DNA of 20,000 bases from an uncultured virus (IMG/VR IMGVR_UViG_3300046411_001024) (Duplodnaviria; Heunggongvirae; Uroviricota; Caudoviricetes). The translations under genes and the position numbers were made by a program. The notes under the pieces were generated by a model. The model had not been told where the DNA came from. It saw only the letters and a program-made list of their open reading frames with translations, and made no database searches. Numbering within the stretch: the first letter of the stretch is position 1; every line of letters begins with the position of its first letter. The stretch is from the IMG/VR virus record IMGVR_UViG_3300046411_001024; one strand, written 5' to 3'. Positions 7,900 through 16,600 of this stretch are shown here, one piece after another.

Positions 7900-8273
7900 A
7901 TCTCTCTTAGTATATCTACGATGCTTTCATCGTGATTTAAACTTGTGGAACGAGTGGATGTTCCTGGAATATATTCGGGAAGTCTGCCTAGATATGTTAG
8001 GAATACAATAAGTGCATTCCAGCTTTCTTCATCCACTTTGAAGAATAGCATATCAGTTGCAGCTTCTCCCCATAAATTATAAATTACGATTATATGATTT
8101 AAAATTAATCTTTCTCTTAGATCTTTGTTCTTTTTATATCTTTGAAATAATTTGTTAAGATATAAAAACTTCTTTAAATCATTTTCAAACTCTTCAAGTG
8201 TCGCACAAGAAGGGTTATCGTAATTATTTAGAGCAAACTGAAGAAAGTTATTTTCTGTCAGTTTTTTTATCAT
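7896..8273 (-). CDS. Conserved T4-like hypothetical protein
   Basis: LTENNFLQFALNNYDNPSC...EF..DL...ERLILNHII...N motif recalled as common upstream of primase in T4-like marine phages; ATGA overlap with the next gene. Confidence 0.8.
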   Translation of the reverse strand: MIKKLTENNFLQFALNNYDNPSCATLEEFENDLKKFLYLNKLFQRYKKNKDLRERLILNHIIVIYNLWGEAATDMLFFKVDEESWNALIVFLTYLGRLPEYIPGTSTRSTSLNHDESIVDILREI

Positions 8274-8460
8274 TGCTCTTCTTTGGTTCTTCAGTTTGAA
8301 ATTTTACAATATCTTCTAATGCTTGAATCGCACCAGTCAACATGTTCATCTCAGCTTGAGTATTAACCACACCTTGATTAAGTTGAATAAGGATCTCTTC
8401 TTTTTTCTTTAGAGAATCTCTGTATCCATCAAGTTTCGCATTAACATCATAATCTGCCAT
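8248..8460 (-). CDS. Small coiled-coil hypothetical protein (possible fibre-assembly helper)
   Basis: AGGAG RBS; heptad pattern with L.GAIQALE; follows a fibre-like gene. Confidence 0.7.
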   Translation of the reverse strand: MADYDVNAKLDGYRDSLKKKEEILIQLNQGVVNTQAEMNMLTGAIQALEDIVKFQTEEPKKSNDKKTDRK

Positions 8461-8483
8461 AATTATCTCCTAAAAATAATATA

Positions 8484-9080
8484 TTAGTTTACAACTACAG
8501 AGTTAGAGCCAATAACACTCCACCCTACAGTAGCAACATACAGTAAAGTGACTGCGTCACCAACTGCATTGAATGTTATAGTAGTACCACCATTTAATGT
8601 TGTAGGTGTAAGGACACAAGATCCTGAACCACCAACTACTACAAAAATTTTAACTTGCCCAACTGTACCATTAGCAAGTGACGCAGCATCTGAACCAGAT
8701 GACAAAGTAAGTTCGGTCACAGCTTTAGTTAAGTCGGCAGTAGATGTTCCTGTTGAAGACTGAGCAGTTTGCGATAGGTATAAACTACCACCACTGATTG
8801 CTACATCCCCATTTACATCAAGTTTCTGTGTTGGAGTTGCTACTCCTACACCAACTCGGTCAGTTGAAGCATCTACATATAATAGATTGTTGTCGTTTAA
8901 TCCTTCGACACGAGTGTCTTGGTCACCACCAGATTCGTTAATAATAACTGGGGTGTCTAAGTTTGCGAATAGATTTGCGACTGTTAGTTTTTTATTAGAG
9001 CCACCTTGAACGATATTCAAGAGATCGGCACCTGCAGCAGAGGTTGCTGCGACTAGTTCTGAAATTTTTTGGTCTGCCAT
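8484..9080 (-). CDS. Virion structural/fibre-like protein
   Basis: N-terminal MADQKISEL...DLLNIVQGGSNKKLT motif, fibre-type RVGVGVATPTQKLDVNG segment, Gly/Thr/Ser/Val-rich beta composition; AGGAG RBS. Confidence 0.7.
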   Translation of the reverse strand: MADQKISELVAATSAAGADLLNIVQGGSNKKLTVANLFANLDTPVIINESGGDQDTRVEGLNDNNLLYVDASTDRVGVGVATPTQKLDVNGDVAISGGSLYLSQTAQSSTGTSTADLTKAVTELTLSSGSDAASLANGTVGQVKIFVVVGGSGSCVLTPTTLNGGTTITFNAVGDAVTLLYVATVGWSVIGSNSVVVN

Positions 9081-9105
9081 AATTTTACTCCTATTTTATA
9101 TTTGC

Positions 9106-9135
9106 AGAATAGGGAGGGTTTTTTACAACCCTCCC
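9106..9135 (-). terminator. Stem-loop between two structural genes (possible intrinsic terminator or mRNA processing/stabilising hairpin)
   Basis: Perfect 9-bp inverted repeat GGGAGGGTT-6 nt-AACCCTCCC at 9112-9135; only a weak U tract (TATTCT) follows on the minus strand. Confidence 0.6.
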
Positions 9136-9163
9136 ACAGTTCTAGGTTTATGTTATTCGGTTA

Positions 9164-10279
9164 TTAAGATCCGAAAGTAAGTGTAGCTACACCATTAGAG
9201 ACTTGCTCTGGTGCACCATTAGCACTGTTCACTTTTACTCTGTACTTCTTACCATTGTGAGTAGTATCAGTCACACCAGATACTGCTAATGTAGCAGTAG
9301 CGAAGTCTGCGTAGATTCCACCATCAGTACCAGCAGCGATGTCAACCCAACGAGTTCCAGTAGCTGTTTGTCTTTGCCACTTGTAGTTGAGTGCACCAAT
9401 CGTACCTACGACTGATCCAGTAGTTAGAGTAATTGTTGCATTTCCACTTGATGTAGTCATTGCAGCAGGTTGTACTGTTATAGCGAATGAGTTAGCAGCA
9501 TCAGATACAGAAGCATCATCAGCAGCATCGTCACCTGCTTGAGCAGCAGTACGAGCCATAGCAACTATACATTCAGCTTGGTATCTTGTATTACCATCTG
9601 AGTCTTGTTTGCCAGATTTAATTGTCCACCAACCAGCACCAGTAATACCTCTTGCTTTGTTTTGAGCAAGTTGTGCTTCGTCAGTATCAACGAACATAAT
9701 GTCCGCAGCAGCATATTTGTTTCCTGCTTTTACGACACTTGCGACAGCTTGTACACCAGCGAAAGTTTGTGCGTTATTACCTGTACCAGAAATTGCGATT
9801 GCAGTTCCAGCTTCGGCATTAGTTTTGTTAGTAGCAACTTTAATATTAGTTGCGTCAACTTTAATTACGAAGTAAGTTGTACCACCAGTTAATCCAGTGA
9901 TATCAGTACCACCACCATTAGCATATATAACAGCATCACCTGTATTTAAGTTATGCGTTCCAGTTGTGATTGTATCAGATGCAGTAGTGACAGCAGAAGT
10001 AGCAACAGTATTAGATGTTGGTGCAGCAATTGTCACACCAGCAGCATCACCTGCTACATATCCGTCTCCTGGATCTGTAATTGTAATTGAAGCAAGAGTA
10101 GAACCAGATAATACTCCAGTTCCAGTTGCTTGAGTGCCAGATGCTGGGGCAGCAATTGCGACTGAAGGAGCGGAACCATATCCACTTCCTAAAGTAGTCA
10201 CATTTAATTTTTTAATTTGCCCAACTTCTAGCCAGTTTGGTCGATTCACATGCGAATCAGAGTCTCCCCACATTGCCAT
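9164..10279 (-). CDS. Virion decoration/fibre protein with C-terminal Ig-like domain
   Basis: MAMWG N-terminus, GxGY...V.IAAP repeats, HNLNTGDAVIY motif, FVDTDEA...GWW core, and C-terminal ITVQP...YKWQ...W.DI...ATLAV...NG.KYRV Ig-like pattern; Ala/Thr/Gly-rich. Confidence 0.75.
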   Translation of the reverse strand: MAMWGDSDSHVNRPNWLEVGQIKKLNVTTLGSGYGSAPSVAIAAPASGTQATGTGVLSGSTLASITITDPGDGYVAGDAAGVTIAAPTSNTVATSAVTTASDTITTGTHNLNTGDAVIYANGGGTDITGLTGGTTYFVIKVDATNIKVATNKTNAEAGTAIAISGTGNNAQTFAGVQAVASVVKAGNKYAAADIMFVDTDEAQLAQNKARGITGAGWWTIKSGKQDSDGNTRYQAECIVAMARTAAQAGDDAADDASVSDAANSFAITVQPAAMTTSSGNATITLTTGSVVGTIGALNYKWQRQTATGTRWVDIAAGTDGGIYADFATATLAVSGVTDTTHNGKKYRVKVNSANGAPEQVSNGVATLTFGS

Positions 10280-10280
10280 A

Positions 10281-11909
10281 TTAGTCTCCTATTTTAGATT
10301 GAAATTGTTTATATGATAAGGGCATCCCTTTGACTGGCTCAACTTTTGGCTCGTTGACGGACTCTAAGTCTCCATCTTCCACCAACTTAATGTAGTCATG
10401 GGCAGAGTCGGTAAGATCTGAAACGATCTCTTCAACTTCTGATATAGTTAGACCATTAAAGGTCTCAAAACTTTCTGCTGCTTTTTTCAAAGCATACTTA
10501 ACTTTTCCATTAGATGCTAATCCTTTTTTCATTTTATTAATTGCATTTGTAGCACCAGTGTAGTTATGTCCAGCCATCTTCTTAGCGATGTCGACAGCTT
10601 TAGCGATTTCTGCATCGGAGAATTCTCCTTCATCAATCATTTCGTCTTTATCTTTTTTCTTTTGTGCGTTTACTGATTTTTTAGATTTCGGTTTCATATA
10701 CTTAGAATGGTCTTCTGTAGTATAAATTTTTAAATCCTCAGTTGGTACTTCTTTTTCAACACCATGTTCGAATTCTACATCATACCAAGAAACATAGCCA
10801 TCGTCAGTTGGTACTGCGTGACTTTCATAAACTGGCTTTCCGAATCCCCATACAATATGTTCTACGACAGTAGCACAGTCATGGTCTTTTGAATGACAGT
10901 TTTCTCTTTCTTCGTTAGCAGTTTTTGCAGCACTAGCGAAATCTTTTTCTGTAGGTGCACCCTTCTCACCTTTTTTACGCATTTTTTCTCCTCGTTTTCT
11001 TTTCATATTTATATTATGATACAGACCAGGACCTTTCTCGTCTATTGCTTCTTCTTTCTTGAATGCATTGGGAGCCATTCTCATATATTCATGCCTTGCT
11101 TTTTTAATTTTGTCACTAATGGCATCAATATTCTTTCCTGCTTTTCTCATTTTATCTCTTTGGATAAGCATGGCTTTAAATGCTGCTGGCATTTCTTCAT
11201 CAAGTGATTCTTTGTTGAGCATTTTGCCATATTCTATTCTGGCTTTTTTAATTTTGTCACTAATAGAATCAATATTCTGTCCCATAGCTTTCATTCTAGC
11301 TTTTTGGTCCAGCATTTTTCTCAAGTCACCATAGTTTCTGATTGTTTCATCAAGCGATTCTTTTTTCATACCACCTGCTTGAATTTTTTTCTTTTCAGCT
11401 TCTATTTCTTTATCAACCACCATAGTGTTTTGACCCATTTTTCTCATGCGTTGCTTCTTTAAAAGTAAATCTGAATATTTTGCATACTTACCTTCAGTTT
11501 TCATAGCTTTTTCTAATTCTTTAGCTTGACCTGAATGTGCTTTAGTTGCACCTTTTAATGCTTTTACTACATCTTTGACAACTTTCTTATCTTTATTGTC
11601 AAGTTTTTCTCCCATGGTTATGCCTTTTGCTTTCTTAAGTTTTGCTTCCGCATCCCTTTTCACTTTGTTAGCTTTCTTTTGCATTTCCTTTGCTCTTTCA
11701 GCAGAGGTCATAGGTTTCATCATGTCTTCGTTTTTGACAGCCTTAGAAACAGCTTTGCGTCTTTTGTGAAGATATTTGTCAGAAGCATCGACATCGCCAT
11801 CGTTGTCGATATCCTTGTCTTTTCTATCTTTAAATTTTTTCTTTACAGCTTTTGAATTCACTGAATCCAATGCTTCCATAAACTCTTGATATCCTAAAAC
11901 TTCTGACAT
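10281..11909 (-). CDS. Lys/Glu-rich modular protein, probable capsid-internal protein
   Basis: Starts MSEVLGYQEFME (capsid-targeting-like); DIDNDGDVD Ca-loop-like motif; three ~48-50 aa repeats; His/Cys module HDCATVVEH...H...WYDVEFEHG; modules separated by LDE/IDE/xEE sites. Confidence 0.7.
   Translation of the reverse strand: MSEVLGYQEFMEALDSVNSKAVKKKFKDRKDKDIDNDGDVDASDKYLHKRRKAVSKAVKNEDMMKPMTSAERAKEMQKKANKVKRDAEAKLKKAKGITMGEKLDNKDKKVVKDVVKALKGATKAHSGQAKELEKAMKTEGKYAKYSDLLLKKQRMRKMGQNTMVVDKEIEAEKKKIQAGGMKKESLDETIRNYGDLRKMLDQKARMKAMGQNIDSISDKIKKARIEYGKMLNKESLDEEMPAAFKAMLIQRDKMRKAGKNIDAISDKIKKARHEYMRMAPNAFKKEEAIDEKGPGLYHNINMKRKRGEKMRKKGEKGAPTEKDFASAAKTANEERENCHSKDHDCATVVEHIVWGFGKPVYESHAVPTDDGYVSWYDVEFEHGVEKEVPTEDLKIYTTEDHSKYMKPKSKKSVNAQKKKDKDEMIDEGEFSDAEIAKAVDIAKKMAGHNYTGATNAINKMKKGLASNGKVKYALKKAAESFETFNGLTISEVEEIVSDLTDSAHDYIKLVEDGDLESVNEPKVEPVKGMPLSYKQFQSKIGD
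11060..11490 (-). repeat. Three tandem ~144-150 nt intragenic repeats (~48-50 aa)
   Basis: GCTTTTTTAATTTTGTCACTAAT is identical at 11098-11120 and 11242-11264; TTCATCAAG(T/C)GATTCTTT occurs at 11196 and 11346. Protein units RMRKMGQN / RMKAMGQNIDSISDKIKKAR / KMRKAGKNIDAISDKIKKAR. Confidence 0.85.
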
Positions 11910-11920
11910 ATTAGTACCCT

Positions 11921-12163
11921 TTACTTAATTAAATTGTCTAGCTCTCTCACTGCTGCAGCTTGTAGTCTATCACCATAAGTTTTTGGTTGCTCTGCTGGTT
12001 TTTCTTCAGCAGGAGTTTCCTCAGCTTTTGGTTCTTCAGCAGGTGCTTCAGCTGGAGTTTCAGCTTTTGGCTCTTCTGCTGGAGTTTCTACAGGTGCTTC
12101 AGTTTCCTGAGTAGCTTCTGGAGTTTCATTCTCTACAGCCACTTTCTCATCTTCATTAATCAT
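11921..12163 (-). CDS. Small Glu/Pro/Ala-rich low-complexity protein
   Basis: AAGGAG RBS before ATG 12163 (overlaps the stop of the upstream small ORF); ETPAEEPKA repeats and a short helical C-terminus. Confidence 0.7.
   Translation of the reverse strand: MINEDEKVAVENETPEATQETEAPVETPAEEPKAETPAEAPAEEPKAEETPAEEKPAEQPKTYGDRLQAAAVRELDNLIK
11983..12130 (-). repeat. Degenerate ETPA/EEPKA coding tandem repeats
   Basis: ETPAEEPKAETPAEAPAEEPKAEETPAEEKPAEQPK; repeated CAGCTTTTGG and GGAGTTTC motifs on the + strand. Confidence 0.75.
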
Positions 12164-12287
12164 TTCGTTCTCCTTCATTGTTGAATTTACTATTATTTAG
12201 TTCTATTTTACTTTCTAGTTCTCGAATTTTACCTTCAAGTTCTAGTACTTTTTGCCTTTCGGACTCATATAATGCAAGATAATCCAT
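12156..12287 (-). CDS. 43-aa coiled-coil small protein (below the ORF-track cut-off)
   Basis: ATG overlaps the ACP-fusion stop (TAATG at 12287); MDYLALYESERQKVLELEGKIRELESKIELNNSKFNNEGERND*; its stop overlaps the start region of the next gene. Confidence 0.6.
   Translation of the reverse strand: MDYLALYESERQKVLELEGKIRELESKIELNNSKFNNEGERND
12194..12200 (-). promoter_or_regulatory. Putative T4-like late promoter (CTAAATA)
   Basis: CTAAATA about 30 nt upstream of ATG 12163; resembles the T4 gp55 late consensus TATAAATA, but short motifs occur by chance in AT-rich DNA. Confidence 0.4.
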
Positions 12288-13252
12288 TATTTGTTGTGTC
12301 CAACTGATAAATCATCGTCATCATCGTCTAAAAGGTCACGCAATTTTTTCTCTCTTTCCTCTTCTTCTTCGAGATATTTGTCTATATCAGTTTCCATACG
12401 ATGCTTTTCATCAGTCCCTGCCATGAATTGTTTATAAGCAGAGTTGCCTGAATGTACTTCTTTACCATCTACTGTATCTGTAGTTGGTCTAAAGATAATA
12501 TCTTCTTCGTCGAATTCAGGTATAGGATAAGGCATATTATCATTTTCGATCTTATACTTAATAACTTCAAAGATATCTCTAAGGGTTTTGACCCACATAA
12601 TCTCAGTATTTTCGATTTGGGCACCAAGCATATCCTCAGCATCCATAATTAGTTCGATAGCATCAAGCGAATCAATATCTAAATCCCTTACGAGGTGAGC
12701 ATCCATACCACCAGCTTCCATAATCTCAGATACTTCTAGCTGTTTAATCTCAGCCAAACCTTCAATAATTTTTTTCTCAAACTCTTCTTCTGATAAGAAT
12801 TTAACATAGTGTACTTGAACAGCTTGTCCTTCGGTAATTGTCAACCTTTTATTTTCATCAATCTCTTGTTTATTTTCTTTTAGCCATTCTTGAGCACCTT
12901 CTAAATTATTATCGCCAATCTGTTCAATCGCCCAATCTACTTTGGATTTGTCAGTTGTTTTAGCAGTTGCTTCCTTATATTTCTCATAATCCTCTAGTTG
13001 TTTTTCTCTAGTAGGAATAGCCATACCCATAACTCTTTTAAGCACACCCTCAGGAAGAGGTGCATTAGGATCTGTACTATAAGGATTTACACTAGGGTTT
13101 GATTCTGTAGGTTTTGTCAACCCACTTTTCATTTCTTCCTCTAGTTGTTTTTGTTGTGCCAGATGTTCTTCTACATCTGCTTCGTTTATAAGTTCATCCC
13201 ATTGTTCGTCAGTTTCTGGGATGTCCACTGGACCATTCTTTTCACTACTCAT
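12287..13252 (-). CDS. Acidic protein with an internal acyl carrier protein (phosphopantetheine-binding) domain
   Basis: AHLVRDLDIDSLDAIELIMDAEDMLGAQI....IMWVKTLRDIFEVI aligns by eye with AcpP [20 protein letters not shown]...I....AEKITTV; attachment Ser195 (codon 12668-12670); GGAG RBS. Confidence 0.85.
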   Translation of the reverse strand: MSSEKNGPVDIPETDEQWDELINEADVEEHLAQQKQLEEEMKSGLTKPTESNPSVNPYSTDPNAPLPEGVLKRVMGMAIPTREKQLEDYEKYKEATAKTTDKSKVDWAIEQIGDNNLEGAQEWLKENKQEIDENKRLTITEGQAVQVHYVKFLSEEEFEKKIIEGLAEIKQLEVSEIMEAGGMDAHLVRDLDIDSLDAIELIMDAEDMLGAQIENTEIMWVKTLRDIFEVIKYKIENDNMPYPIPEFDEEDIIFRPTTDTVDGKEVHSGNSAYKQFMAGTDEKHRMETDIDKYLEEEEEREKKLRDLLDDDDDDLSVGHNK

Positions 13253-13276
13253 ATTATCTCCACTTTGTTAATGTAA

Positions 13277-13624
13277 TTAACTATTTACTTTGGCACCTGC
13301 TCTCCACTGATAGCATGACCAATATTTCGCTTTCCATTTTGGACCTGGATTATCACACCCATGTCTTGCTCTGAAACTTTTTCTCCTTTTAGGATCGTCC
13401 CTTTTAATACTTAGGTTCGGATCTCCGAATCGTACAACAACGACATTACCTTTTGGACCTTTTACATATACCTTAAATTTTTTGTTAGGATTTTCAGAAG
13501 TACGAATAGGATCGTTAAGTGTGACAGTTTTGCCTTGATACTTAGCTTCTTCTAATGTAGGAAGTTCCATAGCTTCGCATACTGCGTCTATGTTATCTTC
13601 TCTATGTTCCTTAAAAGTTTTCAT
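13277..13624 (-). CDS. Small basic virion protein (DUF6321-like) with a capsid-targeting-like N-terminus
   Basis: Begins MKTFKE; KKFKVYVK...VRFGDPNL...RRKSFRARHGC...YWSC..W motif recalled from T4-like phages and large DNA viruses; TAATG overlap. Confidence 0.7.
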   Translation of the reverse strand: MKTFKEHREDNIDAVCEAMELPTLEEAKYQGKTVTLNDPIRTSENPNKKFKVYVKGPKGNVVVVRFGDPNLSIKRDDPKRRKSFRARHGCDNPGPKWKAKYWSCYQWRAGAKVNS

Positions 13625-16600
13625 TATTTTTTCCTAACTCCACCATATGCTTTACCAGTTGCCCCACCATAACCTTTTTTACTTTTAGATCTTTGACCAA
13701 CATAGTTGCCTACAGTTTTACGACCTGTTTGTTTTTTGGCAGTTCTAATTCTACCACCAGCCAGTGCCGATTTAAATTTTTGAGCAGGTTTTACAGATTT
13801 TCTACCATGTAGTCTTTTCTTTTCCATCTGCCTAACACGAGGTGCTAGTTTTAGGGCAATCCTTTTTACTACATGACGCATTTTAGCGATTCTTGCTTCG
13901 GCTCTTTCCCTTTCACCTACAGATAGTTGATTAGGTGCCTTTTTAAAGAATCTTCTTTTCAGTAATTTTACTGCTAATCTTCTTGCTCTACTATTTATAA
14001 CCTGTGTAGAAGAGTGTCGTCTAAGAGCGATTCGTAAACTTCTTGCTCTCCTTGCCTTAGTTCTTCTAACTCTTACTCGGTTTTTAATTCTTTCAGTTCT
14101 ACTTAGTACTTCGTTCAGCTGTTGTTCTAAATCACCCTCAAGATATTCAAAGTTTTCTTGAGTGACTTCGCCTTCTTCATCTTCAACTTCTAATGCTAGT
14201 TCTTCATCATCATATAAGTCAAAGATATCTAGTTTACCATTTATTGGATCTTGCTCAGGGTCAAACATATTGACCACATTTTCGATTTCATCATCGTTAA
14301 GATCGTCAAGCATTGCGTCAGCTTTTGGGTCAGCTACAAATACTTCTAAATCATATGGGTCGTCAGACTTAGGTGTTCCTGATTTTTTTTTAATCTTATC
14401 AGCTTTTGGTTTATCTTCAGTTTCTACTGGCTTATCGATTTCTATTTTAGTCATCGGTTCGCCATCAGCTTCTTCTTTCATAGCCATCTTAGTAGCTGTA
14501 GCATACATTACATCTTTATAATCTTTACCATATCGCTTTTTAAAATCAGCAGTTTTATCTTTCATGCCCTTAACGATATCTTCTCGTTTTTTCATTTGGG
14601 CATCAGTCATTTCCTTTTCTTCTGGTATATCGCCATAAGTTTCACATGGGTCTTTGCCACACCCACAGTTCTTTTTTTGTTCTTTTAATTCAACATCGCC
14701 TTTTTTCTTTTTCTTATTTGGCTCTACTTCATCACTCATTGCTGACCTTGCTTTATCTGCAAGATCTTTATCAGCTTTGCCCCAAGTTCCTTTACCTTTA
14801 CCAATGAAACTATTTACACGAGCGAGTGCCCATTGTTGTTGAGATGCTCCTGGACGATGCCCTGTACCATATGCAGCCATTCCTCTTTTGTAAACCTGCA
14901 TTAATATACCTTTAGGAATACCAGACTTCTTAGCTTTCTTTGCTACAGCTGTGTTTTCTTCTAACCAATCTTCATCGATAACTTGTTTCATTATCTTTTC
15001 ATCGCGAGTAGCTTTACTGTCAACTTCCATAGTGCCATCTACTTTTCTCTTTTCAATACCACCAGCTAGTTTTAACATCTTTTTGTAATCTTGGTAAGAC
15101 ATAATAGACTTAGCAATATTAAAATTACTAGAAGGATCTACTTCATCTACACTTGGTCGTTTTACTTCCCATATTTTCTGCTCATTAGCACCCTCTACTC
15201 CAGGAAGATTTTTCATTCTATCTTTACACTTTTTATATTCAGCATAAAGTTCATCAAACTCTTTTGACCCTTTATCAGCTTTCGCCATTTTCTTTTTAGT
15301 CATAGCCATACGCATCATAAGTTCTGCTCTTAGACCTTGCCTAACTTTACGAGTGACATTTTTACCTACACCCATGATACCATCTTTGCCTTCAGACTCT
15401 TCTTTCTTCACTCCAGGTTTTGTTTCCCTGTTTTTCTTCTGAGCATCTTGAGTTCTAGCACGATCCATCATTTTATCATGCTTCATTTTATCTGCTTCTT
15501 TTTCTTTTTTAATTCTTTCTTTTGTGGCTTTTACATCTTCATCCCAGAAAGCTGTTAAATCTTCAATAGTTTTTAACCATGCTTCGTTTTGTTCTTCTGG
15601 GTCGCCATACTTTTTATGGTATTTAAGTGTATGTTTAGATTTTTTTGTTTTCTTAAAATCGCCTTTTTTATCTAGATCTCCAGCAGCAGGATCGTACTTG
15701 GTAGGATCGCTATCATCTTTTTTAGAATCTTTTTCAAACTCTGCCTTCCTTGCTTTTTTATCTTTAGAAGATACACCTTTATAATATTGGTCAGCTTCAT
15801 CCATAGGATTCTTTACACCACGAAGTGGTTCATCTCTACCAGACTTCTTAGCTTTAGGATCTTCTTTATTAGCAACAGAATCCCAGTTTGATAATGTATC
15901 TTTTAGAGATTTCATGGATTTACCCATACCTCTTGACACATTTAATTTTTGAGCAGGTCTTCTTAGCGAATCGTATTTGTTTAAGATTCCTTCAGATGCT
16001 CCAGGAGACATTTTACCTTTTGAGCCATCATTAAATTCGAATGTATAATTACCTTTTAGATTAATATTTTTTCTAAGTTGTAATACGATAGGATCTACAC
16101 CTGAGCCAGATACTTCGCTCATAAAATCTTTAAATGATTTGTTTTCTACTGCGAACTTCCCTTGTCTCATAATAGCTGGTAAATATTGACGATCGTAATC
16201 TATTCCTGCAGTTTTAGCAGTCTGTAGCATTTTCTTTACGATTTCAGCAAACTCAGGAGTGACTCTTTTTGTTCTTAGTTTTCTAAGACCAAAGTTTATA
16301 AGTTGAGTTGGGTTTGACATTTTCTCAGGGTTATCAACACCCATTGAACCAGCAATAATTCTAGCGACCTTAATCCTATCAGCAGAAGTAAATCTAAATT
16401 TATTCTGTGGGTCAATTTTTAAGTTCTTTTGTTCTTCTAAATCTTTTCTCATATTTGGTTCCTTAGAGAGTAAGTCAGCCAAGTCGGCATTTATTTGGTC
16501 TAAGTAGTCATGTCTTTCTAACTCTCCTATATTATTTAGGGAGTCTGACAATTTCATTTTTATGATAGAATCAGCACCAACTTCTTCCATTAGTGCGTAT

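Noticed and set aside
9081..9163. tRNA or structured ncRNA in the intergenic gaps
   Set aside because: Only a single hairpin is present here; no cloverleaf or T-loop pattern was seen in this gap or at 19799-19925.
11060..12130. Repeats as a possible CRISPR or mini-array
   Set aside because: The repeats are in-frame, degenerate at codon third positions and encode protein repeats; there is no constant repeat with unique spacers.
13282..13287. TAAATA upstream of the ACP-fusion gene as a late promoter
   Set aside because: Only the 6-nt core (GTAAATA), inside the upstream coding region in AT-rich DNA; too likely by chance to list as a feature.
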